Source: a virus (lineage: Duplodnaviria; Caudoviricetes). From it: DNA of 64,000 bases. Location of the stretch: IMG/VR virus record IMGVR_UViG_3300021425_000032, positions 1,562-65,561 of that record, one strand, 5' to 3'. The translations under genes were made by a program, and so were the position numbers. This document shows, in pieces, positions 50,497 through 59,619 of this stretch (the first letter of the stretch is position 1; each line of letters opens with the position of its first letter). Under the pieces are notes generated by a model that was given only the letters and a program-made list of their open reading frames with translations, was not told where the DNA came from and did no database searches.

Positions 50497-50899
50497 TCCA
50501 AGTAAACCAACAACACAGATGTTAGGTAGATGGCAACCTTGGCATGATGGTCATACAGAACTATTTAAACGTGCATATGCAGAAACAGGACAAGTTGTAA
50601 TAATGGTACGTACAGTATTTGGTTACATAGGACAAGACGCAGGCGCAGGACGTACAGTAGTTCAAGATGATAATCCATTTAACTTCCAAGATGTTGTAGA
50701 CGGTATTAAATCTGGATTGTCAAAAGCAGGATTTGTTATTAACAAAGACTACATGATTATGCAAGTGCCTAACATTGTAGATATAAGTTATGGTAGAGGT
50801 GTAGGATATACATTCACAGAACATGACTTAGGAAAAGAAGTACACGACATTAGTGCTACAAAGATAAGGGCACAAATGCGTAAGGAAGGAAAACTATAA
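50489..50899 (+). CDS. HIGH-superfamily nucleotidyltransferase
   Basis: GRWQPWHDGH, DNP, ISATKIR. Confidence 0.8.
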   Translation: MFDPSKPTTQMLGRWQPWHDGHTELFKRAYAETGQVVIMVRTVFGYIGQDAGAGRTVVQDDNPFNFQDVVDGIKSGLSKAGFVINKDYMIMQVPNIVDISYGRGVGYTFTEHDLGKEVHDISATKIRAQMRKEGKL

Positions 50900-51408
50900 T
50901 GCAGATTATTGATAACTTCTTACCACATGCTGAATGGCAACAATTACACGATACGTTAACAAGTGACACCTTTCCATGGATGATGGGTGACGCTGTTAGA
51001 CAGGGAACAGAAACAGTTCCTGATAAGTACAATTGGCAGATGTATCATTTGTTTTATTACAATCCAAATATTATATCAGAGGCAATGCCAATATTAAATG
51101 ATCTCTACACTAAACTTAGAGTAGGAACATTTATGAAAGCAAAAGCAAATGTAAATTTTGTTACTAGTGAAATAATAGAACACGGATTACATATAGACAT
51201 TGAACCGCACAGCCTAGGTGAAGCAATGACTACAGCAATTTATTATGTAAACTCTAATGATGGTTATACACTTTTTGAGGACGGTACAAAAGTAGAAAGT
51301 GTAGCAAACAGGTTAGTAAAATTTCCGTGTAATACAAAACACACAGGTACATCATGTACCGACCAAAGATATAGAATGGTTATAAATTTAAATTATATAG
51401 AGGTATAA
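50899..51408 (+). CDS. 2OG-Fe(II) oxygenase
   Basis: HID, TAIYYVN, KHTG, RMVINLNY. Confidence 0.8.
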   Translation: MQIIDNFLPHAEWQQLHDTLTSDTFPWMMGDAVRQGTETVPDKYNWQMYHLFYYNPNIISEAMPILNDLYTKLRVGTFMKAKANVNFVTSEIIEHGLHIDIEPHSLGEAMTTAIYYVNSNDGYTLFEDGTKVESVANRLVKFPCNTKHTGTSCTDQRYRMVINLNYIEV

Positions 51409-51409
51409 A

Positions 51410-52549
51410 ATGGATACTCGTATACACGAGATTTTAGATAAAGAAGTAGATAGACAGGCTACTACAGTCGAATTAATAGCAAGTGAAAACTTTGCTAGTG
51501 CCAGCGTTATGAAACTAAGTGGCAGTGTGTTTACAAACAAATACGCTGAGGGTTATCCAGGCAAGCGTTACTATAATGGTTGCGAGCATATGGACGAGAT
51601 AGAAGCACTTGCTGTAGACGAACTATGTAAGTTGTTTAAGTGTAACTATGCCAATGTACAACCACACTGTGGTGCAAATGCTAACACAGCAGTGTACCAA
51701 GCATTCCTAAATCCAGGTGATAGTATACTAGGAATGGATCTAGCAAGTGGAGGACACCTAAGCCACGGAAGCCCACCAAACATTTCAGGCAAGGTGTATA
51801 GTGCATGTAGTTACGGCGTAAAAGAAGACGGTTATTTAGACTACGATAAAATAGAATGGATGACCAAAGAATATCGTCCTAAAATGATTATTGCAGGTGC
51901 AAGTGCATATCCTAGACAGATCAATTGGGAAGTATTTAGAAAGATAGCAGACAAGTATGGTGCATTACTGTTAGTTGACATGGCGCACTACAGCGGTCTT
52001 ATAGCAGGCGGAGCATACCAGTCGCCACTAGCATATGCGGACGTAGTTACAAGTACAACACACAAGACCTTACGCGGTCCTAGAGGTGGTATTATACTAT
52101 GGAACAACCCAGAGTACACACGTAAAATCAATAGTGCAATTTTTCCTGGCACACAAGGCGGACCATTGATGAATCAAATTGCAGCCAAAGCACAATGTTT
52201 CATAGAAGCAAATACACCCGAGTTTAAAGACTATGCAAAGCAAGTTGTTAAAAATGCAAAAGCCATGTGTGTTGTGTTTAAGGACAAAGGATTTAAATGC
52301 TTGACAAATGGAACAGATTCGCATATAATATTATTAGATTTAAGTAATAGCAAATATAGCGGAAGAGAGGCTGCTGACTTGTTGGAAGAAAACGGTATTA
52401 CTGTAAACAAGAACGGTGTACCAAATGACCCAAGAAGTTTTGTAGAAACAAGTGGTATTAGAATTGGAACAGCAGCAGAAACAACTCGCGGTCATGATGA
52501 AAAATGGTTTAAGGAATTAGCGGAAAAAATATGCCAGATATTGACATAG
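51410..52549 (+). CDS. glyA: Serine hydroxymethyltransferase
   Basis: LIASEN, NKYAEGYPGKRYY, GGHLSHG, TTHKTLRGPRGG, FPGTQGGP. Confidence 0.97.
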   Translation: MDTRIHEILDKEVDRQATTVELIASENFASASVMKLSGSVFTNKYAEGYPGKRYYNGCEHMDEIEALAVDELCKLFKCNYANVQPHCGANANTAVYQAFLNPGDSILGMDLASGGHLSHGSPPNISGKVYSACSYGVKEDGYLDYDKIEWMTKEYRPKMIIAGASAYPRQINWEVFRKIADKYGALLLVDMAHYSGLIAGGAYQSPLAYADVVTSTTHKTLRGPRGGIILWNNPEYTRKINSAIFPGTQGGPLMNQIAAKAQCFIEANTPEFKDYAKQVVKNAKAMCVVFKDKGFKCLTNGTDSHIILLDLSNSKYSGREAADLLEENGITVNKNGVPNDPRSFVETSGIRIGTAAETTRGHDEKWFKELAEKICQILT

Positions 52550-53100
52550 ACTTTGCAGACAGAGATGTTATATTAAACAAGATACAACATCGTATTGCAA
52601 AGTTAGATACAGGTAAAAAACACAATACAGGAGTCTACGTAACAGAGGCTCCTCACAATCCTGTTGATAATATATGTACAATAGATCATAAAACCGCAGA
52701 AGATCGTGGTTACTTTAAACTAGATTTTTTAAATGTGTCTATATACAAAGACGTTAGAGACGAGGCACATTTACAAGAACTTATGGAAAGGAAACCAATA
52801 TGGCAACTACTGGAGCACAAAGACTTCGTCGACAAAGTATTTCATCTAGGCGGGCACGACACTCTCTTAAAGCAATTGAAGCCTACCTCGGTCGAGCAAT
52901 TGGCCGCAACACTAGCAATAATACGTCCAGCAAAGAGACACTTAGCAGAAAAGAGCTGGAACGAAATATTCAACGAAGTTTGGGTAAAGCCGACAAACGG
53001 TGAATACTATTTTAAAAAAGCACATGCTGTAAGTTATGCAATGGCCGTTGTTGTGCATATGAATTTACTATGTGAGCAACTCGATGCTTCACAAGATTAA
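52531..53100 (+). CDS. Miniature or split C-family DNA polymerase (DnaE catalytic-core fragment)
   Basis: PDIDID, HNTGVY, FKLDFL, LAIIRP and FKKAHAVSY in DnaE order within 189 aa. Confidence 0.8.
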   Translation: MPDIDIDFADRDVILNKIQHRIAKLDTGKKHNTGVYVTEAPHNPVDNICTIDHKTAEDRGYFKLDFLNVSIYKDVRDEAHLQELMERKPIWQLLEHKDFVDKVFHLGGHDTLLKQLKPTSVEQLAATLAIIRPAKRHLAEKSWNEIFNEVWVKPTNGEYYFKKAHAVSYAMAVVVHMNLLCEQLDASQD

Positions 53101-53572
53101 TGTTCCACGCACCATAGAGTGGAATAAAAAACCTAATAGAAAATATTTCCTTGAACATTTAATAAATGATAATGGATATATGTCAATGGCTGAAATAGGA
53201 GTGCGTGACGGCCGCACAACTTTTTACTTACTAGATAAAATACCTTACTTAAAAATATATGCTGTAGATACAGACATACGTTTATTTTATAATGACGAAG
53301 TTAAAGTAAAGTACGGTGATAGATTAATACCTATTAACGGTGACAGTGCTGTTGTAGCAGAACGTGTACCAAAAGTTGATATAGTTTTTATTGATGCTGA
53401 CCATTCTTATGATGCATGTAGAAAAGATATATTATTATACAGCAAAAGAATAAACGGCGGCGGATGTCTTAGCGGACATGATATCGACTTTCCTGGAGTA
53501 AACAAAGCGGTAAATGAACTTGTTCGAACATATGAAGTTGGTCCAAACAATGTATGGTTTCAGTTTATTTGA
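53084..53572 (+). CDS. Class I SAM methyltransferase (Methyltransf_24-like)
   Basis: AEIGVRDG, FIDADHSY, SGHD. Confidence 0.85.
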   Translation: MLHKINVPRTIEWNKKPNRKYFLEHLINDNGYMSMAEIGVRDGRTTFYLLDKIPYLKIYAVDTDIRLFYNDEVKVKYGDRLIPINGDSAVVAERVPKVDIVFIDADHSYDACRKDILLYSKRINGGGCLSGHDIDFPGVNKAVNELVRTYEVGPNNVWFQFI

Positions 53573-53933
53573 CTTTTCTTACTAGTTGAACGTTCTTACG
53601 TTTAACTCTCTTAACACTTAGATTACCTAAGTTTACACAAGGCCCTGATACTATACGAACATCTTTTGAGTTCATTGTAATAATTGCGTGTTTAAAAACT
53701 TCCATTTCTTGTTTTAAGAAAATATTGATAGGTATGAGTCTGTTTGATTCCCACCACCATGCTTCGCCTAATTCTAAAAAGTGTTTCTTAGCTTCTTCTG
53801 TTCGTAAGTTATTAAAGACGTACATACTGGTAACAGCCTGGTCTTGGTTAATAACAATTCCCACGTACTCGAGGCCGCCGTAGCTCACAATGCTTATGAA
53901 CGGAAATTTTTCTTGTATGTCTTTTGTTAGCAT
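53565..53933 (-). CDS. Hypothetical protein
   Basis: FPF...EYVGI, WWWESNR.IPI. Confidence 0.7.
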   Translation of the reverse strand: MLTKDIQEKFPFISIVSYGGLEYVGIVINQDQAVTSMYVFNNLRTEEAKKHFLELGEAWWWESNRLIPINIFLKQEMEVFKHAIITMNSKDVRIVSGPCVNLGNLSVKRVKRKNVQLVRKVK

Positions 53934-53964
53934 GCGTTAGTTGTAATTCCTATATAAATACAGT

Positions 53965-54741
53965 ATGTCACTTATACCTAGATATTTAGTCAATAACAGA
54001 ACCAGTCTCGTTACCAATGTGACAGGATTCGCAACGGAGTATAGACCAGTGTACCAAAGAAACATACCAATATATAGTGGAATCGATAATAAATTAGAAT
54101 TCCAATTATTCAATCCAGACCAAAAGCCAATTAATCCAACTGGCTCAACAATACATTTTGTAGCGTTTGATGAGATGAATAATCAAGTAATTAAACATAC
54201 AGGAACAGTAACGATTGCTAACAAAGGTTTGTTTACAGTTACAATTACAGATCAAGACACTCTTAATTTAAAGCAACAGTATTTGTCTTATGCAATTTAC
54301 TTAACAGACGACACAACTAATGCTGACACTATTACATATGCAGACGAGCAACTAAATGCATCAGGTACAATCTATGTTAGTAAAGAAGCATTCCCTGGTC
54401 CACGTGCAACTTCTGAAGTAACAAACTTTACACAAGACAGTGGTGATGTTGATGTATACAACAGCGATGCTATATCAGCAGAGCCGGGTATAAATGGTAA
54501 CGAAGCACTACACACTATTGCAATATACAGTGACAACTATGTAGGCGATGTAAAAATACAAGTAACACTTGATAATCAAATTACAAATCAATCTAATTGG
54601 GCAACAATTACTACACTTACATTAGACGGTACTGAAACAGAACCTACAGTAAGTAGTTTTAATGGTGTTTACAACTACATTAGATTCACAACTACAGCAA
54701 ATCCATCAGAGAAAATTTCTAAAATTTTAGTAAGAAACTGA
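53965..54741 (+). CDS. Probable virion structural protein
   Basis: Thr-rich, beta-strand-like composition; TATAAATA 4 nt before the ATG. Confidence 0.6.
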   Translation: MSLIPRYLVNNRTSLVTNVTGFATEYRPVYQRNIPIYSGIDNKLEFQLFNPDQKPINPTGSTIHFVAFDEMNNQVIKHTGTVTIANKGLFTVTITDQDTLNLKQQYLSYAIYLTDDTTNADTITYADEQLNASGTIYVSKEAFPGPRATSEVTNFTQDSGDVDVYNSDAISAEPGINGNEALHTIAIYSDNYVGDVKIQVTLDNQITNQSNWATITTLTLDGTETEPTVSSFNGVYNYIRFTTTANPSEKISKILVRN

Positions 54742-54770
54742 TTGACTTTACACTAAACTGATACTATAAT
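54742..54770 (+). promoter_or_regulatory. Sigma70 promoter 7 nt before the primase ATG
   Basis: TTGACT-17nt-TATAAT-ATTAACT-ATG. Confidence 0.8.
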
Positions 54771-54777
54771 ATTAACT

Positions 54778-55782
54778 ATGAGTGTAGTCATCGAAACAGT
54801 TCTGACATATCTGCCCGCTAAGAGAAAAACAACTCCTAGCGGTTGGACTTCATTCAATGCACCTTGCTGTATTCATAACGGTGAAACCCGTGATCAGAAA
54901 CAGCGTGGAGGTGTAATTCAAGAAGGTAATGGCATAAGTTATCATTGTTTTAACTGTGGCTTTAAGGCTTCTTGGCAACCAGGTAGACCCTTCTCCCATA
55001 AGATGCGTAAACTCCTACAATGGTTAGGAAGTCCTGATGACGTAGTCAATAAGGTCGCACTTGACGTTATGCGTGAGAATGAAGGTGTCGAAGTAAAGCA
55101 AAGGCTTGCTGAACTTCCTACATTTAACACAGTGCCTTTACCCGAGACAACACGTAAGTTGCAGGAGTGGGCAGACTACTGTGCAATGGAGCCCGGTGGT
55201 GTAGACAAGCATCTTATGAAAGTGTTTGAATACATGAAACAACGTAACCTGTTTTTAGATGATACAGATTACTATTGGACACCCGAACTAGGATACCGCG
55301 ACAGGTTGATCATACCGTTCTTCTATGAAGGTAGAATTGTAGGATGGACTGGTCGTAGTGTACTTCCGGACAAGAAGCCTAAATACTTGACGGAAGTACA
55401 ACCTGGGTTTGTTTATGGATTAGATGAACAACGATACAACAAAGTATTTTGTATTGTTGTAGAAGGTCAGATAGATGCTATACACATAGAAGGTTGTGCG
55501 TTGGGTGGCAGTGAGATAAGCGATCAACAAGCAATGCTGTTGGGCAAACTACAAAAAGATATTATTGTAGTGCCAGACAGAGACAAAGCAGGTAGCAAGT
55601 TAGTAGAACGTTCTATAGAATTAGGGTATAGTGTTAGCATGCCCGATTGGAAACAAAGCATCACCGATGTAAGCGATGCTGTAAATGAATATGGTAGACT
55701 GTATGCACTACATAGTATAGCGGCTAGTGCAGAAGAGTCACCTTTAAAAATAAGATTGAGAGCAAAGAAATGGTTCAATTAA
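54778..55782 (+). CDS. DNA primase
   Basis: Zinc finger CCIH...HCFNC, RLIIPF, TOPRIM VEGQIDA and PDRD. Confidence 0.88.
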   Translation: MSVVIETVLTYLPAKRKTTPSGWTSFNAPCCIHNGETRDQKQRGGVIQEGNGISYHCFNCGFKASWQPGRPFSHKMRKLLQWLGSPDDVVNKVALDVMRENEGVEVKQRLAELPTFNTVPLPETTRKLQEWADYCAMEPGGVDKHLMKVFEYMKQRNLFLDDTDYYWTPELGYRDRLIIPFFYEGRIVGWTGRSVLPDKKPKYLTEVQPGFVYGLDEQRYNKVFCIVVEGQIDAIHIEGCALGGSEISDQQAMLLGKLQKDIIVVPDRDKAGSKLVERSIELGYSVSMPDWKQSITDVSDAVNEYGRLYALHSIAASAEESPLKIRLRAKKWFN

Positions 55783-55937
55783 GAATAGGTGCATTACTGT
55801 TGTTTTGCGGATTATTTGCATACTCCTTAATGGTACTATACCAACATGAGTCACAGCCAAAAGACGTATACATTATACATGAGCCGAGCATAATTACAGT
55901 AGAAGAACTATCACCAATGAGGGCAGAGAACGAATGA
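55770..55937 (+). CDS. 55-aa membrane-anchored protein (not in the ORF track)
   Basis: MVQLRIGALLLFCGLFAYSLMVLY...; its TGA overlaps the helicase ATG. Confidence 0.55.
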   Translation: MVQLRIGALLLFCGLFAYSLMVLYQHESQPKDVYIIHEPSIITVEELSPMRAENE

Positions 55938-57364
55938 GTACACGACAGAATACAGACTATGGATTTGATATACAAAAAGTATATCTAGAAATGATGATGA
56001 CAGACGCTGAAACGTTTGTAAGGTGTCAGGCTGTGTTCAACCCAGAAGCATTTGACAGACGTTTACAAGAGCCTGCAAAGTTTCTTAACAACTATGTTAC
56101 AGAACACAATGCTATGCCTACGTTTGATATGATAAATGCCGCATGCCCAGATGTAAAATTAAAGCACCCTGGCGAACTAATGGAGAATCATTATGATTGG
56201 CTACTATTAGAATTCGAAACGTTCTCTAGACACAAAGCACTTGAAGCGGCAATTCTTAAGGGGGCTGACTTATTAGAACAAGGTGAGTATGGACCCGTTG
56301 AAGATTTAGTAAAGAAGGCAGTACAAATTGGATTGCAAAAAGACTTGGGTACAGATTATTTTGCTGACCCTAGAACAAGACTAGAAGGTATTAAAGATAA
56401 AAACGGACAGATAAGCACAGGGTGGGCTAACTTAGATAAGAAATTATTTGGTGGGTTCAACAGAGGAGAGCTGAATATCTTTGCAGGTGGCTCAGGGTCT
56501 GGTAAGAGTTTGTTCTTGGCCAACTTGGGTGTTAACTTTGCACTAACAGGGTTGAACGTTGTATACTTAACGTTCGAACTTTCAGAAGCACTTGTTAGTA
56601 TGCGTGTTGATAGTATGACTACAGACATTCCAAGCAGAGACATTTTTAAAAGCATTGATGATGTTGAAATGAAAGTCAAGATGATTGGTAAGAAGTCAGG
56701 TGCATTCCAAGTCAAGTATATGCCCACAGGTAAGAACGCAAATGACATACGTTCGTATTTGAAAGAGTATGAGATTAAAACAGGCAAGAAGGTAGACGTA
56801 TTGCTAGTAGACTATTTGGACTTGATGCATCCTATAGCGGCTAAGATTAGTGCAGAAAACTTGTTTGTAAAAGACAAGTATGTATCGGAAGAGCTACGTA
56901 ACTTGGCTATGGAACTTAATACTATCTTTGTTACAGCATCACAGTTAAACAGAAGTTCAGTAGAAGAAATTGAATTTGATCACTCGCACATATCGGGTGG
57001 TATATCTAAGATCAATACAGCAGATAACTTGATTGGTATCTTTACAAGTAGAGCTATGCGTGAGCGTGGACGTTATCAGATACAGTTGATGAAGACACGT
57101 TCAAGTTCAGGTGTAGGACAAAAGATTGATCTAGAGTTTGATGTAGACAGTTTGCGTATTAGAGATCTAGACGAAGACGATGATAACACAAACAACTTTG
57201 GTACAAACAAGTCAACTATCTATGATAATTTGAAGCGTAGCTCTACTAGTCCTGATGTAAACGAAAATGCAGATCCTGGAGAAGGTGATACTGTAGGTAA
57301 AATACGTGCAGAAGCAGATTCAACAAAACTAAAACAATTTCTCAATAATCTAAGTGATGACTAA
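55934..57364 (+). CDS. Replicative DnaB-like helicase (gp41-like)
   Basis: GGSGSGKS, FELS, VDYLDL, TASQLNR, MKTR. Confidence 0.93.
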   Translation: MSTRQNTDYGFDIQKVYLEMMMTDAETFVRCQAVFNPEAFDRRLQEPAKFLNNYVTEHNAMPTFDMINAACPDVKLKHPGELMENHYDWLLLEFETFSRHKALEAAILKGADLLEQGEYGPVEDLVKKAVQIGLQKDLGTDYFADPRTRLEGIKDKNGQISTGWANLDKKLFGGFNRGELNIFAGGSGSGKSLFLANLGVNFALTGLNVVYLTFELSEALVSMRVDSMTTDIPSRDIFKSIDDVEMKVKMIGKKSGAFQVKYMPTGKNANDIRSYLKEYEIKTGKKVDVLLVDYLDLMHPIAAKISAENLFVKDKYVSEELRNLAMELNTIFVTASQLNRSSVEEIEFDHSHISGGISKINTADNLIGIFTSRAMRERGRYQIQLMKTRSSSGVGQKIDLEFDVDSLRIRDLDEDDDNTNNFGTNKSTIYDNLKRSSTSPDVNENADPGEGDTVGKIRAEADSTKLKQFLNNLSDD

Positions 57365-57446
57365 GTGTTTATTCTTTTTCGTCTTGGAACGAAAGAGCCA
57401 CGGTTAAATATTAAAAAAGTAAACAACGGAAGGACTATGCCACGTA

Positions 57447-57893
57447 ATGTTAACACTACTGAACCAAGAACACTACAGTTTTCTAGATGACGATCCAGTG
57501 CGTCCGCACATAGATCATGCGTGGAGATTAGAATACCCACGTGAAGTATATGCACTATACGAAGACAAGTATGCACAGTATGATGAAGTACTCACTGACA
57601 CACCATTGGCTATCATATGTGTGGCCTACTGTGATCGTATACCAACCTGTGAAGAAGATCTAAAACACACAGGCACAGAGGTAGCGGTATTCTACACAGT
57701 ATGGAGTTATTCAAAGGGTGCAGGCAGGACCATAGTAAATCAAACAGCAGATAGGATCAAACAAACACACAATCCTCAACAGTTTGTAACACTAAGTCCC
57801 AACACTGAAATGGCTGAACGCTTTCATTTGAGCAATGGAGCAGAGTTTTTAGCACGATACGACAACTGTCAAAACTTTGAATATCATCTATGA
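57447..57893 (+). CDS. GNAT-like protein
   Basis: AVFYTVWSYSKGAGR, FVTLSP, FHLSNGA; TAAATA at 57405. Confidence 0.5.
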   Translation: MLTLLNQEHYSFLDDDPVRPHIDHAWRLEYPREVYALYEDKYAQYDEVLTDTPLAIICVAYCDRIPTCEEDLKHTGTEVAVFYTVWSYSKGAGRTIVNQTADRIKQTHNPQQFVTLSPNTEMAERFHLSNGAEFLARYDNCQNFEYHL

Positions 57894-58159
57894 AGATCTA
57901 TTTGGGTCATATAGAATGCAAGTGGACACACAACGACCGACTAGAGTTGATATACTATCGTCAGAAGTACGGAGATGAACTCTATCGTGCTATTAATGTT
58001 GCAGGTGACATCACTCAAAGACGCTACAACTCACTAACACTGCCTGCGGACATGTACAAGCGTGTGGACTTTTATCTAACACCTGACTCAAGCAAAGCCG
58101 CAACACTGTTTATGCTGCGTTGGGCAGAACAATTGGATAAAGAACATGGGCCCATTTGA
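57890..58159 (+). CDS. Hypothetical protein
   Basis: ATGA overlap; ends in an FMLRW motif. Confidence 0.6.
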   Translation: MKIYLGHIECKWTHNDRLELIYYRQKYGDELYRAINVAGDITQRRYNSLTLPADMYKRVDFYLTPDSSKAATLFMLRWAEQLDKEHGPI

Positions 58160-58340
58160 ACTAGAACGACAGCGAGTTCGCAAACAACGACTAGAACGTA
58201 TAGCACGTGATCCTAGTCTTGATCCTCAAGTTGCTAGAATATGGCAACGTCTAGCTGACGAAGTGACCTTTGATGAAGCAGAATACAATCGAAGATGTGT
58301 GCAAATATTTCAGGGAAAGACTAGGGACAGGTTTTTCTAG
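58146..58340 (+). CDS. Hypothetical protein
   Basis: Overlaps the upstream ORF. Confidence 0.5.
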   Translation: MGPFELERQRVRKQRLERIARDPSLDPQVARIWQRLADEVTFDEAEYNRRCVQIFQGKTRDRFF

Positions 58341-58908
58341 CACTGCGTATAACTTCATAGTTGTTGGCCACAACAATTCCCATTACACCCGTTGCCTGTG
58401 CTAGTTCTTGATCACTAACAGTATTGATGTCTGAGTGTAGAGCATACAAAGGCAACAGTTTCAACAACAGCATTTGTTCTATACTGGGTTTTGCGGGCAA
58501 CAGAGGATTTTGTTCTTCTACACACTCGAAACGAGTGGTGGCATAGATAGTGCTGTAAACATCAAGAGCCTGTAGTAGATAGTATATGGTGATGTGACCC
58601 TTTGATGCAGGTTCTTTAAATTCAAATTCCGGCAGTATGGGCTTGCCAGTGTTGTACCAATCAACACCTATGTAGAGTTCATCACTCAATGGCGTACGAT
58701 CCTGCTGTATTGTGTAGAGGGGATCAAGCGTGTTGAATGTGTGTCTTACATCTGGTGGAGGTATATATATGTCATCTTCCGGTTGAGGTGCTGGTTCAAA
58801 CATCTGTTGAGGTTGTAGTTTGATGCCTGCTATGTAGAGTTCATTAGTTGATGAGTGTGCCACTGAGCTTAACAGTGTTAAGAATAGAATGATAGTCCCT
58901 CGTGCCAC
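58321..58908 (-). CDS. Secreted or membrane protein
   Basis: Signal-peptide-like N-terminus from the GTG at 58908 (TAAATA-TTAGT-GTG); LDVYST...EQNPLL. Confidence 0.6.
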   Translation of the reverse strand: MARGTIILFLTLLSSVAHSSTNELYIAGIKLQPQQMFEPAPQPEDDIYIPPPDVRHTFNTLDPLYTIQQDRTPLSDELYIGVDWYNTGKPILPEFEFKEPASKGHITIYYLLQALDVYSTIYATTRFECVEEQNPLLPAKPSIEQMLLLKLLPLYALHSDINTVSDQELAQATGVMGIVVANNYEVIRSARKTCP

Positions 58909-58927
58909 ACTAATATTTAGCAACGAA

Positions 58928-59005
58928 GCCCGCAAGGCCGCCGGCCAAAGCCGCGAAGCGGTTAACGCAAAAAGCGCGAAGCGCAAGCGATAGCGCAGCG
59001 GTTAA
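58928..59005. repeat. Cluster of GNA/GNNA mini-hairpins with an AGCGGTTAA direct repeat
   Basis: CCGC-GAA-GCGG, GCGC-GAA-GCGC, GC-GCAA-GC, GC-GATA-GC, GC-GCA-GC. Confidence 0.8.
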
Positions 59006-59218
59006 GCAGATTTTAGTATCAACATACACATGAACCTATAACGAACGTGTTTTGAACTAACCATAGCGACAGACGTCTATCAACGTGTTGCTTTCAGTCT
59101 AAAACAAAGGTTTGTAAAAAGATGACGTTTTAAAACTATATGTAGAGCGTGTATAACGTGTTTGTCACGCATACTAGCTCAAACGTAGCTATTAGTTCGT
59201 ATTCACGCTGTATGACGC

Positions 59219-59422
59219 TTATATGCACTCTAAGACGCCACTTCCTGTGTATGCTAGTGTAGCGTATGTACGTTCCTGTGCTGAGTCAAACACTAGTGTA
59301 CACGAGTCTGACTGTTCTGTGTATATACCACGTAGTAATAAGTCTGTAGCAAATGAAAATGTATTGATGTCTGCTATGTAATCTGTAACTGAGTCATCAT
59401 ATAGTATGTTGAGTAAATACAT
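59219..59422 (-). CDS. Hypothetical protein
   Basis: ATG at 59422 preceded by TAAGTA-N5. Confidence 0.5.
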   Translation of the reverse strand: MYLLNILYDDSVTDYIADINTFSFATDLLLRGIYTEQSDSCTLVFDSAQERTYATLAYTGSGVLECI

Positions 59423-59451
59423 ATAATTACTTAGCACAAAGGAACACTACT

Positions 59452-59619
59452 ATGTACACACTAGAACAACTGCATGCTTATCAACAGTGGATACAACATC
59501 AACAGGGTCATCCTACTGAGCCACAACACTTCCTTACCATTCTTATGAGAGACTTTGCTCTTACACACGGACAAGCACAAGCAGTGTACGATAGTCTAAG
59601 AGACTGGGAACTAAAGTAA
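59452..59619 (+). CDS. 55-aa hypothetical protein (not in the ORF track)
   Basis: TAAATA at 59414, AAGGA SD, MYTLEQLH...WELK*. Confidence 0.55.
   Translation: MYTLEQLHAYQQWIQHQQGHPTEPQHFLTILMRDFALTHGQAQAVYDSLRDWELK

Noticed and set aside
55919-55925. GAGGGCA 9 nt before the helicase ATG as another member of the GAGGGC regulon
   Set aside because: It lies inside the upstream small ORF, the spacing is longer and the start is already coupled by ATGA; a single case may be chance.
3670-57576. Many short antisense or nested ORFs in the track
   Set aside because: They lie within well-supported genes and lack RBSs or motifs.
58909-58986. N-terminal extension of the ORF 58321-58986
   Set aside because: It is a read-through of the hairpin island; the TAAATA-N5-GTG start at 58908 gives a signal peptide.
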